From Octopus vulgaris (lineage: Eukaryota), in NCBI GenBank assembly GCA_951406725.2, contig OX597834.1, positions 40,796,001 to 40,860,000 of the forward strand: a stretch of 64,000 nt of DNA. Reading direction: 5' to 3'. Positions 25,337-38,827 of the stretch are shown here, in pieces (positions within the stretch are counted from its first letter, which is position 1; each line of letters starts with the position of its first letter). The position numbers were made by a program, and so were the translations under genes. The notes under the pieces were generated by a model that was not told the origin of the DNA, made no database searches, and saw only the letters and a program-made list of their open reading frames with translations.

Positions 25337-25694
25337 GTACACGGCCAATAATTTAACAGAGTGAAGGTTAGCTGCATGGTTATATAGTATACTTATTTGA
25401 GAGGATTAGTAAAATTCGTTGATTAAGTTACCAGTCGTGTTTATGCAGCCACTTACATGAATGTTACCTCAGTGTAGCAAGCTCGCCTGTTATTATTTAA
25501 CTGAGTAGTTTCTCTGCAAAGAAGCAAACTGAACCCCGGTCATACTGGTCGTCATTTACCAGTAATACTTCCCAGATGCTATAGATCGAGATAGTTTATA
25601 ATTCGTATATATAATGACAACTTACACGGTGATTTTGTTTTGTAGATGCAGATGACAATATCCTATGTCGTATTTACAAGATATTCCAGTTAAT

Positions 25695-26063
25695 CTGAAG
25701 CACTCCGTCGGTTACGACGATGAGGGTTCCGGTTGATCCGATCAACCGGAACAGCCTGCTCGTGAAATTAACGTGTAAGTGGCTGAGCACTCCACAGACA
25801 CGTGCACCCTTAACGTAGTTCTCGGGGATATTCAGCGTGACACAGAGAGTGACAAGGCCGGCCCTTTGAAATACAAGTACAACAGAAACAGGAAGTAAGA
25901 GTGAGAGAAAGTTGTAGTGAAAGAGTACAGCAGGGATCACCACCATCCCCTGCCGGAGCCTCGTGGAGCTTTAGGTGTTTTCGCTCAATAAACACTCACA
26001 ACGCCCGGTCTGGGAATCGAAACCGCGAGTTTGCTGCCCTAACCACTGGGCCATTGCGCCTCC
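25695..26063 (-). mobile_element. SINE family C with 12-bp TSD
   Basis: TSD ATTCCAGTTAAT at 25683-25694 and 26064-26075. Confidence 0.9.
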
Positions 26064-26949
26064 ATTCCAGTTAATATTGAATGAGTGATATATGTATGTT
26101 TAATTCAATCAGGTGTTAGATGCTAAACATATTTCGCAGCAAACTCTCCCTTGTATATCATAACAGATCCGTTATACGCATTGGACTCTAGGATATGATT
26201 TTGGAAAAGTCATAATCATAATTTTGTGTCTATTCTCTATCACCAACTGATACGAGGTAAACTTGAATCAGCTCCCTTTTATTCAATACTTGAATGTTTT
26301 GTTGCTTTTAGTTTTTCGGCCTGTACTGTTTGTGGTAATCACACACAAACAAATCAGTGTATTTTTATTTCTACACAAGTTTATTTTATCCTCTGTTCTG
26401 AATTTTTTCATTAGTTTTGTTGGTTCATTAAATGTTTTCAAAAACTCCACCTGAAAATCAATTGAAGTTTTACATGTGTTATGGAAAAATCATCATCGTC
26501 ATCATTTAACATCGTCGTCATCATTGTAGCATCAGTAGGATATGACAGGTTCAAGAATTGCACCATGTTCCAGGGTCTGTTTTGGTATGGTTTCTGCAGC
26601 TGAATGCCCTTCTTCACACCGACCACTTTATAGCATGTACAGACATAGCAACACATATACCCTTTGGACGAAGGATCAATCGTGGCCATGGCCTATACTG
26701 ATTGTGGGTTTTTTTTTTTCTTCCCCCTTTTAACACATCTCTAGAGAAAAATAAAACTAAATGAAATCATATCACTAATCCCTACCTGAGACTGAAACCC
26801 CCATCTACCTCACTGTCTTGTCTGTAACCAAACACCCTTATCCACAAAGCCAATAATACTACTAATACAAAATACGAGATATTTAAATCTATTATAATGA
26901 TTGGTTATTGATTACATTAGTCTGATAGGTTTATATAAATATAATAAAT

Positions 26950-27360
26950 TAATAAATAAATAAAACACACGCATATATACATACATATATGTACGTACCT
27001 ACCTCTACATGTATATATACATGCATATATGGGTACAGGACACCAAAAAAAACGTAGAACACAATGAGAAACGAAAAGATAAACACAAAACCAAGGAAAT
27101 GGACATTTTTCTTAAACAACGAAAAAATAGAGTACAGGACATGCAAAACAAGGAAAATTCCCCTTCTTCAGTCGCCATGGCTTCATCTACTCCACGTTTC
27201 GAAGGTCAAGGCGATACACGACTTCAATGAAAATTTCCTTCCCACGAAAATCAAATTAAATAAAATTTGAGATTTTTTTGTGGAGGGGTAAAAATGGTAA
27301 CAAAAACAGGACAGTAACGACAGTACAAAATATAAACAGGACAACGGAGAATAACAGTAA
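26950..27360 (-). repeat. Dispersed repeat, possibly Penelope-like; homologous copy in opposite orientation at about 57340-57630
   Basis: Shared ATATATGGGTACAGGACA..CAAT.AGAAACGAAAA and TTCCCCTTCTTCAGT blocks. Confidence 0.55.
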
Positions 27361-27409
27361 CACAAACAAGAAGGGCTGTTAAGCCGAACGAGATAATTTT
27401 TTTTTTATA

Positions 27410-28520
27410 TCATCATCATCATCGTTTAACGTCCGTTCTCCATGCTAGCATGGGTTGGACGGTTCGACCGGGGATCTGGGAAGCCAGAAGGCTGCACCAG
27501 GCTCCAGTCTTATCTGGCAATGTTTCTACAGCTGGATGCCCTTCCTAACGCCAACCACTCCGTGAGTGTAGTGGATGCTTTTTACGTGCCACCTGCACAG
27601 GTGCCAGGCGAGGCTGGCAACGGCCACGGTCGGATTGGTGTATTTTATGTGCCACTGGCACGGAAGCCAGTCAAGGCGGTGCTGGCATCGGCCACGAGTC
27701 AGATAGTGCTTTTTACGTACCACCAGACCAGGGATCCTGGCTGGTTCAATTCGATTTCGATTTCACTTGCCCCAACATGTCTTCGCAAGCAAAGGGGGTT
27801 GGCATGGGTGCCTGTCGTACGGTCGGATTGGTGTATTTTATGTGCCACTGGCACGGAAGCCAGTGGAGGCGGCGCTGGCATCGGTCACGAGTCGGATAGT
27901 GCTTTTTACGTACCACCAGACCAGGGATCCTGGCTGGTTCAATTCGATTTCGATTTCGCTTGCCCCAACATGTCTTCGCAAGCAAAGGGGTTGGCATGGG
28001 TGCCTGTCGTCGGATGAGGTTCTATATCGACTTCGCTTGCCTCAACAGGTCTTTGTGTCCAAGGGAGGAAAGGCATTCATAAGTGGGCTGGGCTCACTTG
28101 TCCTGCCTGGTCTTCTCACGTACAGCATATTTCCAAAGGTCTCGGTCGCTGGTCATTTCCTCAGTGAGGCCTAAAGTTTGAAGGTCGTGCTTCACCACCT
28201 CGTCCCAGGATTTCCTGGGTCTACCTCTTCCACGGGTTCCCTCAACTGCTAGGGATTGGCACTTTCTCACACACCTATCTTCATCCATTCTCGCCACATG
28301 ACCATTCCATCGCAATCGTCTCTCTTGCACACATGCACACACTGCTTCTGGAACTTTGTTCCACAGATTTTCTTGAGAAGCACATATTGATAGTCCCTTT
28401 ATCTTCTCTATGAAGTTCAAAGTCCTGAGATAAGTCTTTATCACTTCATCCCATGTTTTCCTGAATTTCCCATTCAACCATTTAAGAGAATCTATTTCCA
28501 GTGTGCTCATAGCACACACT
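27410..28520 (-). mobile_element. RTE-type LINE 3' portion: ORF2 end plus 3' UTR with internal tandem duplication
   Basis: ERRLRWNGHVARM..EGTRGRGRPRKSW motif, about 190-bp internal repeat, (GAT)n tail. Confidence 0.85.
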
Positions 28521-29277
28521 ATTCCAGCGGATGGATCTATTGTATATGAAGCTTACACTCTCTGTTAGTCTGCTTGTAATTCCACATTATGCATTGTATG
28601 TGTCCATAGCTTACCATGAGCACAGTATATGGAGTTCATATCTACCCCGTTGTACACTTCATAAATCTTCTCAGTCAGGATTAGTCTGGAACTAAAAAAA
28701 CAACTGATCTTCCCAGCAAGATCAGTTGCTCACTCAGCTAGAAATAACAGTCATGTATATAGTAATTCTAGATGTTCACAACTTGAGAGAAGGACAAGAT
28801 GATCATAGCTGAAGACTTCATGGTAAAGGTTTACATCTACTGTTCACCTGTATAGAAATGTAGTGAAATTTCCTCTGTTTAATCAATCTCTTTTAAGGTT
28901 CTGTCTAAGTCTAATACTGTTTCTTTATTATTTCAGAATATTGGATGACTTTGACATAAGTTTTTACATGAGATGCATCGTCATCTTTTAAAGACTTAAG
29001 GAAGTTGTTATACAAAACAGATATAACCCATTTTTATATAAATCTGTCGAAGAATCAGGTTGGAATTATTACCAATATTGTTTTACCTCACCGTCTGGAA
29101 TGGACATAAGATAATTTTGCATTTGAATTAAAAACAAACATAGTTACAAAACAGCTTCCAGCATCTTGTGATATCAACAAAATATCACAGTTGATTGGAA
29201 TATAGCAGAAATACTAAAAATTGGCAAAAAAGAAATATATTTATGTATTGGGGTGAAAATAAGAAAAATTATGGAAA

Positions 29278-30468
29278 ATGAATCCCGAAAGGATTTATTC
29301 TGATGGGATGCTGATAGAAGATGGGAAAACATTATACAATTGTGATGTCTGTAAAAAGTCATCCTCTCAGAAGGATAACCTAACTTCTCATAAATGTATT
29401 CATAGAGGAGAAAAACCAAATCACTGTGGTAACTCACTCTCACAAGTAACTTCTAACAAAAGTACATATCACTGTGATGAGTCATTCTCTCAAAGATCTC
29501 GTTTATCCAGTCACAAACATATTCATACAGGAGAAAGACCATTTCACTGTGACATCTGTGGTAAATCATTCTCTCAAACACGAAGATTGACAACTCACAA
29601 ACGCATTCACACGGGGGAAAGACCATATAATTGTAATATCTGTGATAAATCATTCTCTCAAACAAGTAACCTAACTACTCACATACGCATTCATACAGGT
29701 GAGAAACCATTCTACTGTGACGTCTGTGGTAAATCATTCTCTGCGAAATGTATCTTAACTAAACACAGGCGTATTCATACAGGAGAGAAGCCGTATCACT
29801 GTAACATCTGCGGTAAATCCTTCTCTACAAGTAGTGATTTAACCAAACACATACGTATTCATACAGGGGAGAAACCATATCACTGTGATATCTGTGGTAA
29901 ATCATTCAGTGAAACAGGTCACTTAACTACTCACAAATTCATTCATACAGGAGAAAAACCATATCAGTGTGACATCTGTAATAAATCATTCTCTGAAAGA
30001 TATAAATTAACTCGACACAAGAATATTCACACTGGGGAAAAGACTTATCCGTGTGATATCTGTGGTAAATCGTTCATTCTAAGAAGTCATTTAACCACAC
30101 ACAAACGCATTCATACTGGAGAGAAGCCATTCCACTGTGATATTTGTGGTAAAGCATTCTCTCAAATAAGTGAGTTATCTTCTCACAAACGTATCCATAC
30201 AGGAGAGAAGCCATATCACTGTGATATCTGTGGTAGTTCATTCTCTCATGGACATACCTTAACTAACCACAAACGCATTCACACCGGAGATAAACCATAC
30301 CATTGTGATGTCTGTGGTACTTCCTTCTCTCAAACTGGTAACTTAACAAGACACAAACGCATTCATACAGGGGAGAAACTATACAATTGTGATATCTGTA
30401 GTAAATCATTCTCTCACGTAACTTCATTGACTAACCACAGGCATATTCATACAGCAGAGAAAGATTAA
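29278..30468 (+). CDS. C2H2 zinc-finger protein ZNF-E, 396 aa, 12 intact plus 2 broken fingers; leader truncated
   Basis: Open array; the ancestral MEN ATG at 29271 is out of frame, the ATG at +7 is in frame. Confidence 0.88.
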   Translation: MNPERIYSDGMLIEDGKTLYNCDVCKKSSSQKDNLTSHKCIHRGEKPNHCGNSLSQVTSNKSTYHCDESFSQRSRLSSHKHIHTGERPFHCDICGKSFSQTRRLTTHKRIHTGERPYNCNICDKSFSQTSNLTTHIRIHTGEKPFYCDVCGKSFSAKCILTKHRRIHTGEKPYHCNICGKSFSTSSDLTKHIRIHTGEKPYHCDICGKSFSETGHLTTHKFIHTGEKPYQCDICNKSFSERYKLTRHKNIHTGEKTYPCDICGKSFILRSHLTTHKRIHTGEKPFHCDICGKAFSQISELSSHKRIHTGEKPYHCDICGSSFSHGHTLTNHKRIHTGDKPYHCDVCGTSFSQTGNLTRHKRIHTGEKLYNCDICSKSFSHVTSLTNHRHIHTAEKD

Positions 30469-30732
30469 CTACTCGACTGGCCTCCGTGCTGGTGGCACGT
30501 AAAAAGCACCAACCGAACGTGGTCGTTGCCATCCTCGCCTGGCACCTGTGCCGATGGCACTTAAAAAGCACCCACTACACTCACGGAGTGGTTGGCATTA
30601 GGAAGGGCATCCAGCTGTAGAAACACTGCCAGATCAGACTGGAGCCTGGTGCAGCCTCCTGGCTTCCCAGACCACGGTTGAACCGTCCAACCCATGCTAG
30701 CATGGAAATCGGACGTTAAACGATGATGATGA
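30469..30732 (+). mobile_element. RTE-type LINE 3' end inserted at the ZNF-E stop codon
   Basis: GATTAA on both flanks; (GAT)n tail; decayed finger sequence resumes after it. Confidence 0.75.
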
Positions 30733-31297
30733 TGATTAATGATATTTGTGGTTAATCTTTCAGAGAAACGTTACTGGTCTATATATTTCTGCATTCATAA
30801 AGCAGAGTAATTGTGTCTATGTCAAAATTCTTTCTGTGAATACAATTAGTGTGTTCTATATAGCAAAGAAGATATAACATGATAAGCATAACCAATGCTT
30901 ATAATTTGTGCAACCACAGCTATATATATATATATATATATATACACATCGATTTTATGACACATGACTGTGATATTTTTTAATAAAAGTACACTTTTAG
31001 AACACACACACATATTACAGATATATATGTTAAACATTATATATTTCCAGAAAGTAAAAAAGATATTTATTTGGTGTTATGGGTAAATAACTGAGAAATG
31101 TATTATTGTCATAAATTAAGCATACCAGTGTACAGTTATTTTTTTGGAAATATGAATAAAAGAAATTTCATTATCACAAAATTGGACCCATATTTCACAA
31201 ATATCCCTGAGCTGCTTTGCATTATTTGGTGTATATTGTGTGGGGTTTATTGAATGTATTGCATGAAGGGAAATAATTCTGTTGTTGGTAAGGGTTA

Positions 31298-31651
31298 CTC
31301 TTTTACTTGTTTCAGTCATTTTGACTGCGGCCATGCTGGAGCACCACCTTTAGTCGAGCAAATCGACCCCCAGGACATATTCTTTTGGTCTCTTTTGCCG
31401 AACGTCTAAGTTACGGGGACATAAACACACCAGCATTGGTCGTTAATTGATGTTGAGGGGACAAACACAGACACACAAACACACATATCCATACGATGGG
31501 CTTCATTCAGTTTCCGTCTACCAAATCCACTTACAAGGCTTTGGTCGGCCCGAGGCTATAGTAGAAGACACTTGCCCAAGGTGCCACGCAGTGGGACTGA
31601 ACCAGGAACCATGTGGCTGGTAAGCAAGCTACTTACCACACAGCCTCTCCT
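31298..31651 (-). mobile_element. SINE family B
   Basis: Reverse complement of 14409-14791. Confidence 0.85.
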
Positions 31652-32298
31652 TGTATATATATATTTTTTTTATTTATTTATAGCACGAGTTCTTCATGGC
31701 TTGTTGGTTAAACTGACTATCAAATTGCAAATGTTGATATATCTTTAAACTTAATGCAAATACAAAGTGGATAATCTATTTGAGAGTTATGCACATCAGT
31801 GTTATATCAAATGCTTTCCTGGACAACTTGTCAGCATGATAATAGAATATTCAAGTAGAATCATGAAGAAGAAAAAATGTAACATCAAATAAGAGTACAA
31901 AGTCAAAAAGAAACAGAAGAGAATTTAACGTTTTAAATGGTTTTTCCTTTGTCAGGAATATAAAAAGAAATGGGAGGAAGAGTGTTTAGTGAAAAAAATG
32001 GTGAATGCCAGGACATATGTTTTTAGAATAATGGGTTGTAACCATAAAAGCAAGCCCCGTTTTTTTTTCTTTTTTTTTTTTTTTACCTTTTTCATATCAG
32101 GAGGGTGAGGTTCCTCTGGCTTGTCCGTAGATCCCTCCTGCCACCTCGGAATCCATCGGTGTGCAGCCATTGTTGCTCACCTTTCTTTCTTTTCCTTTCG
32201 AGGGGGTTACCTCCTCGACTTTTTCTACACCTCCCTCTTTTATATACCCAGGAGGCTTCGTTGGAGGAAAAACATCCTCCTCTATTAATTTCTCCAGA

Positions 32299-32830
32299 TA
32301 AACTGACATCTGACTATTTAAAGGAAGACTTCAAAAGTAACTCTTGAAAATCGACATTTGGCATCATGATCACATCAAGTACCTGCAGAAAAGGGGTTTA
32401 GGCCCCTAGGTCGTTCATGCTGACATGGTTGCTATATCAGATGATGCACTAGATTTATCAACATGAAAACGTGGGCATCTGAATTTAGGAGAAGGGTGAG
32501 TTTTGAAGACGACACAAGGACTGGATGTCCTGCAACAGCCACCATCGAGGAAAACATTGATCGTGTTCACCACGGTGACGGATGAAAGGCGATTGACTAT
32601 AAATCAAATGCCAATGTTATTAGCATATCCCCGTGAGAGAGTTGAGAATATTCTGCATAATGAACATGGCATGACGAAGGTATCTCTTCGGTGAGCGCCA
32701 CGTCTTCTGACAGCTGAACAAAAGCGGTCCATTACGGGAAAATCTGATATTGTTTGAACTAGATCTCCGGCTGGTTTCCTTGAACGTTTCCTAACCCATG
32801 TTGAGTGTTGGCTTCGTCACTTTGCTCCGA
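32299..32830 (+). mobile_element. Mariner relic (5' half)
   Basis: Homologous to 58100-58660; RRLTINQ..ERVENILHNE.GM.KVS motif. Confidence 0.8.
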
Positions 32831-33174
32831 TTTATTGCTATTTGCTCAATAATCATTCTCTACTCGACGAGTGGTGGTGGTGGGACATGATTTTGTATTT
32901 AGAATACAAGCATACAATGCAAAGTATAGAAAATAAATAGGTGCAGTAACCATCGGGTGGAGGTGGTCACGGTACAAAATCTCAGACGTCAGACACAGAA
33001 AACATAGTAAACAGATTTTTCTTTCCAAAATTCACACTCAACTAAAATTTGAATATATCTCGCGATGAACCCTACGTTCTACCTTTTAAAAACCATGTAC
33101 CAATTCGAATATCTTAAAATAATAACGGGTTCTGCAGTAACAGATGGTTTACTTAGCCAAATAACAAAATACAA

Positions 33175-33378
33175 TAAACTGCAGACGATAATTCATCGAA
33201 AGAATAGGGGATGTAATGAAAGTTATTTTCCCTTACAAATGTGATTATAAATACGCATGTTCAACAAGCGCGTTTTCCGTTTCCGTTTTGAATCCATCTT
33301 GAAGTTTTTGATGGAATAATTTTTGTCATCTTCCAGACACAAACAAAAACGTATCAAAGTACTTCAGAAAACATTTCT
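33175..33378 (+). promoter_or_regulatory. Putative promoter and exon 1 of ZNF-F
   Basis: AGTTATTTTCCCTT at 33221-33234; donor TCT|GTAAGT at 33378/33379; matching acceptor TGCAG|AATATCAGATGA at 35535/35536. Confidence 0.5.
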
Positions 33379-33914
33379 GTAAGTATTAAAGATCAACATT
33401 ATTCAGTCACAAAAAAAGCAGTTATGCATGTGAGTCCAGTTTCGCAACAGAATCAATAGATTCGTTTTTCGTTTCACAACCAACAATTTCGCTTTTTCAG
33501 ACTTTCATATTTTTAATAACAAAAATCTTCAACAAATGTTAAGAGATTTCGTCATTTCTTTTTCTTTTAACATTTATATATAAATATATATATAAAAAAA
33601 ATTGAAACGAGTTATTGAAATAACTTTTAAAGGTTAAGATTGTTATGCATAAATAGTAAAATTACTTAGATCCTTGCCTTATTTCTGGAATTTTGGAAAA
33701 GCTCTATTTTATCTTTATATTTATGGATTTGTTTTGCTAGATTCCTGATCTGAAATCGATATCGTTATATTTCGGGACGGTCATTTTTTGTTTTCTTGCC
33801 AAATAAACACACGCGCTATATATTCGTTCTTCACTCGTTTATTATTGTTCTTATTCCATCTTATGTCTATTGTCTGGAAGTCTTTCATCACACCTCTGTG
33901 ACCGCTTCAGCGAC

Positions 33915-34190
33915 CCTGTCCATCCACGTGTATCCTCCTGCTCCACCAGTCCATTCTCGGAGAATGGAAGGGAAGAACAATTAATAAATGGGTGAAGAAC
34001 GAATACACAGAAGTTTGTCCATTCATTTCTTTCTCATTGTTCCTTGTGACACTTGAAGCGACAACAAGATCATTCCACCGTCTAACACTGAACGCGTTCT
34101 TCACAGCTCGTTCCATTGTTAACCCTCTGCTCTTAAGATCTTTCGTTATTGTTCTCCGCCACATTTCCTTTGGCCGGTCACGTCTATTTC
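33915..34190 (-). mobile_element. RTE-type LINE 3' fragment (second subfamily)
   Basis: RPKEMWRRTI.KDL...GLT...A......RRW..LV motif. Confidence 0.65.
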
Positions 34191-34529
34191 GTCTATTTGT
34201 ATGTATTCGTTATTTTTAAAACTTTTTTATTCAAACACCTGAAATTCAAAAACTTTAAAGCATTTTGTTACAAAACAATCCACAAATTTTTATTTTTGAG
34301 AGAATTTTTCTTCGTTTTTTTCTTTTCTTGTTTCAAACAAGTAAAAATTACCATTGTGTAAAGAAGAAACTTATAAATTCTACTGTTTTCATAATCTGTC
34401 CACCCCACCTGCATGCTCCCCATAAATCTTTATTTTGGGGATTCTTGCAGTTAACAAAAAAGAAAATTGAAACACAAAATCACTTTAAAAAAAAAAAAAG
34501 GGGGGGGGGGCGAATAATCCAACAATGAT

Positions 34530-35340
34530 CTTCTCCAGTAATTTTGAATCTCTCTCCTCGGTGTCCACCACTATAGCTTCTGCACAACCAGACACACTGG
34601 AAACCTGCTCTCTTATATCACTCAGAAGTCGGCTTCCACCTTACAGAAGTTCAACAAAAGCAATGTTGTTACCCTAGATATTAGCTATTAGTTATGTCTG
34701 GCTACTGAATCTCCTATTAAAACTTTCCACCCATGGGGTGCATCTTTCATCTCTTGAATCAATAGCTTCCTATTAGTTTCCATTCTCATGGCATATATTG
34801 ACAGAACTCGGTCCTACAGTGCCTCAAGATTCAGTTTTCTTCCCCAGTCTCATCCCCCTATACATTAATGACTTAATTGCAGCCGTATCTGACAATTCCC
34901 ATTAAATAATACCACCCTTCATTCCCCCCTAATCTTCTGCAACCATGCACCATCCATGTACAACTTAGACACCACATGCCTTTAAGATCATCCTACAGTG
35001 GAGCCATGCCAATCTTGTCGATTTTAGCAGTAAAGAACCTTAAGCATTTCTCCCATCAATAAAACAGTATCAAACCATGCAAACCCCTAAACATGAATGA
35101 CTCCCAGTTAGAGCCCTCATAGTCATTCCGACTGTTGGACCTTTCTGTCACTGAGGATCTTTCACGATGACAGTACATTTTCAACATAGCTAAGACCGTA
35201 TCCCAAAGACTGCTATTTCTCTTCGGAGCTAGAAAATATTTCACCTCCCAATAAATTGCTGACACCCTACAAAAGCACAAACGAGGCCCACAATGGTGTA
35301 TTGCTCCCACATCCTAGACTGCATCCAAAAGAGGGACATT
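34530..35340 (+). mobile_element. Decayed L2/CR1-type LINE reverse transcriptase fragment
   Basis: GTGCCTCAAGATTCAGTT...TATACATTAATGAC resembles VPQGSVL..LYIND. Confidence 0.6.
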
Positions 35341-35977
35341 CTGTAAATAAGTAGATTTCATAAGGTTTGTCTAATATAAATTTTATAACAAATTGAAAAA
35401 AAAAAAAAGTTTAGTTGTTCAACTAAAGCCTGAGATCTACCGTTTAGTAATATAGGAACATTGTAAAATTTCCAATGCTGAATTTCTACTTTTTAAGCAT
35501 TTTCTATATCTTACGTTGTTTCTTTGTCATTGCAGAATATCAGATGATGCTGACACCAAAGAATTTTTACTTCAGATGCATCAATAATGTTTATCATCTT
35601 TTTAAACTAAAGCAAAATGTTCTACAGAACAGATGTAGCCCAGTTGACACAAATCATCTATAGTAAAATACTCTGAAATATTTCCTTTGATTGCATCCCT
35701 TAACATCTTTCTGTTTTACTGTTTGGAATGAATCCAAAATGATTTTGCATTTTAATTTAACTTGAAGAAATTTATAGAAGAGTTTGCAGCATCTGATAAA
35801 GATAATAATTGATGGAAATATAGTAACAGATAAAGTTCTTGCTAATAAAATATATATTATTAGTAATATACATGTATGTATATTTTGTGAAAGAAGAAAA
35901 AAAGTATGTAAAATTAAATATGTGAGATTATAGTTAAATGTAAAACACAGTCTAAAAGGATTGATTTTCTGGATCAG

Positions 35978-36964
35978 ATGCCAAGAGAAATAGGAAAAAG
36001 ATCATACCATTGTGACATCTGTAAAAGGTCATTCTCTCAGAAAGGTAATCTCACAACTCACAGACGCATTCACACAGGAGAGAAACCATTCTACTGTGAG
36101 GTCTGTGGCAAATCATTCATTGGAAGTGGTGACTTAACTAAACACAAACGGACTCATACAGGGGAAAAACCTTATCACTGTGAGATCTGCGGTAAATCAT
36201 TCTCTGTAGGAAGTTTCTTGACTAAACACAAACTGACTCATACAGGGGAAAAACCATATCACTGTGATATTTGCGGTAAATCATTCTCTCAAAATGGTGT
36301 CTTAACTAGACACAAACGGACTCATACAGGGGAAAAACCTTATCACTGTGACATCTGCGGTAAATCATTCTCTGAAGGAAGTTTCTTGACTAAACACAAA
36401 CGGACTCATACAGGGGAAAAACCATATCACTGTGATATTTGCGGTAAATCATTCTCTCAAAATGGTGTCTTAACTAAACACAAACGTACTCATACAGGAG
36501 ATAAACCATATCACTGTGACATCTGTGGTAAATCATTTCCTCAAAGTGGTGATTTAACTACTCACAAACGTATTCATACAGGAGAGAAGCCATATCAGTG
36601 TGATATCTGTGGCAAATCATTTTCTGCAAGGAGTAACTTAATTACTCATAAACGTATTCATACAGGAGAAAAGCCATATCTTTGTAACATCTGTGGTAAA
36701 GCGTTCTCTCAAAGAAGTGAACTAACAACTCACAAACGCATTCATACAGGAGAGAAACCATATCACTGTGATGTTTGTGGTACATCATTCTCTCAGATAA
36801 TTACCTTAACTAACCACAGACACGTCCACACAGGAGAACGACCATACCACTGTGATGTATGTGGCAAATCATTCTCTACTAAAAGTAAATTAACCACTCA
36901 CAAACGTATTCACCAGGAGAGAAACTCCATCTCTGTGATATCTGTGGTAAATCCTTCTTTGTAA
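35978..36964 (+). CDS. C2H2 zinc-finger protein ZNF-F, 328 aa, 11 fingers, frameshifted C-terminus
   Basis: Open array from the internal Met; upstream in-frame leader reads [22 protein letters not shown] from ATG 35906. Confidence 0.88.
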   Translation: MPREIGKRSYHCDICKRSFSQKGNLTTHRRIHTGEKPFYCEVCGKSFIGSGDLTKHKRTHTGEKPYHCEICGKSFSVGSFLTKHKLTHTGEKPYHCDICGKSFSQNGVLTRHKRTHTGEKPYHCDICGKSFSEGSFLTKHKRTHTGEKPYHCDICGKSFSQNGVLTKHKRTHTGDKPYHCDICGKSFPQSGDLTTHKRIHTGEKPYQCDICGKSFSARSNLITHKRIHTGEKPYLCNICGKAFSQRSELTTHKRIHTGEKPYHCDVCGTSFSQIITLTNHRHVHTGERPYHCDVCGKSFSTKSKLTTHKRIHQERNSISVISVVNPSL

Positions 36965-37139
36965 TGTTAACATCACTCTTTACAAAAACACTTGCTCAAG
37001 AGAAAATATATAGTATTGATATCTTTAGTAAAACAATCTCTAAAAAGTCTGGCCTAACTATACACATGGAAGAGTAACCATATGAGATAACTGAGAAATG
37101 TTTCGACCAAAGATTGGTCCAGGCCATGTCTAACTTAAT

Positions 37140-37400
37140 AGCACCACCTGATAGGATTATCTAAAACCTGTTTAAGTCAAGTTTTGTTTATGGTCCATTC
37201 AAGTAGTGAGTTGTATCCAATTATGGGTGGCTTATCCGGTATTCCTTGAAGAAATCTATCCAGACTCCATTTAAAGTTGATGTGATCCTTTTCCTCTTTG
37301 ATCTCTTTTGGGACAATGTTAAACAGGGAAGGGCCTGTTGAGGAAAAGAAATTATGTTGCAGTGTACCTATATTAATGCCAAAATCCATTCTACGAATAA
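37140..37400 (-). mobile_element. CR1/L2-type LINE 3' end
   Basis: F...GP.LFN..P..IK.....FK..LD.FL..IPD.P motif. Confidence 0.7.
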
Positions 37401-37826
37401 AACACTTCATATGACCATTACTTTATCTACAAAGGAATGACTACACAGCAGTGTGTTGACACCCCAACAGTCATATAGCATGGAAAAAGAGATGCTAAAT
37501 GATGATGATGATGATATCTACATTGTTGAAATAATTTATATTTTTATGGAAGCATTCTTTTAGAAAAGTCATGTGTGTGTATTGGACTTCTTTTCCCTTC
37601 TCTGAACCTTTCCTTTCTCCTTTTTCTGACAAAGAGCTATGCTCAAACCATTAAAAATCTACTCTTTTTGCCACCTTTAGTGAGTGTCAGTCAATACATT
37701 CCATGTGTATGTCCTTTTGTTGTTTTTTATTTGTTATTTTTAATGTTCAATTTCACTAATATATATATATAAATAATAGTAAAAATAATAAGGATTATTA
37801 CAAAGTAGCCTAGCATTACCTTTAAT

Positions 37827-37865
<39 letters not shown>

Positions 37866-38304
37866 TAAAATCTCAAGAAGAGATAGCAACAAGTATATAT
37901 TCGGTAATTTGGAACAATCGTTTCATGCTACTTCATTTTATTAAACATTGTAAGTATTACATCAGTTTTAAAATGTTGAGCAATCTTCAGCCATTTATAG
38001 AAGTCTTCAATCAAACGGACAATACATCTACTTATTTCCATTTCGTTTGCCAACATTATAAAGAGGGTAGATATACAGACAGAGAGGTTGATTTGATTAA
38101 GAACATGATAGTATTAACATTTACCTTCTGACTATAGATTTTTTCTTTTAGTTATTTAGATCTGTTAGTGGGGATGGAGGGATTTTCGATTACATCTCAT
38201 AAGAATGGAAAAACAAACAACAAATGGGTTGTACCTTGAAATCATTGCCTCAGTGAGGTCAATTAAGTACATCATCAGGTACACACTGAAAGGTATATAG
38301 GGTA

Positions 38305-38520
38305 GGAAGGCAGAAACGTTAGCACGCCAGGCGAAATGCTTAGCGGTAGTTCGACTGAGTTCAAATTCCGCCAAGGTCGACTTTACCTTTCATCCTTTTG
38401 GGGTCGATTAAATAAGTACCAGTTACGCACTGGGGTCGATATAATCGACTTAATCCATCTGGCTGTCCTTGTTTGTCTCCTCTGTGTTTAGCCCCTTGTG
38501 GGTAGTAAAGAAACAGGTAT
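38305..38520 (+). mobile_element. SINE family A copy
   Basis: Core and tail match the family. Confidence 0.8.
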
Positions 38521-38667
38521 ATAGGGAAGGTATATTGGACCATCGGAAGCAGTCACATCCACTTTAGGATTTTCAATTCATGAAAGAACACCTGCAATAG
38601 TTAGACTTTCAAGTTCATCAAACAAACGAATGGAGAATATTGCTCAGAAATAATTAGAATATATATG

Positions 38668-38827
38668 ACTACACTCTCAGAGTGGTTGGCATTAGGAAGG
38701 GCATCCAGCTGTAGAAACACTGCCAGATCTGACTGGCCTGGTGCAGCCTTCGGGCTTGCCAGACCCAGTTGAACCGTCCAACCCATGCTAGCATGGAAAG
38801 CAGATGTTAAACGATGATGATGATGAT
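38668..38827 (+). mobile_element. RTE-type LINE 3' end
   Basis: AGGAAGGGCATCCAGC motif and (GAT)n tail. Confidence 0.75.

Larger units (their letters stand above)
24412..28936 (+). other. Predicted 5'-UTR intron of ZNF-E
   Basis: Acceptor TTATTATTTCAG|AATATTGGATGA at 28936/28937; internal exons cannot be excluded. Confidence 0.55.

Noticed and set aside
27160-27240. GAAAC and CTGAAGA boxes on the minus strand suggesting a hammerhead
   Set aside because: I could not build consistent stems I-III; kept only as a dispersed repeat.
27442-28174. ORFs of 191 and 135 aa, with similar ORFs at 18954 and 62920
   Set aside because: Antisense readings of the RTE LINE 3' UTR; recurrence reflects repeat copies.
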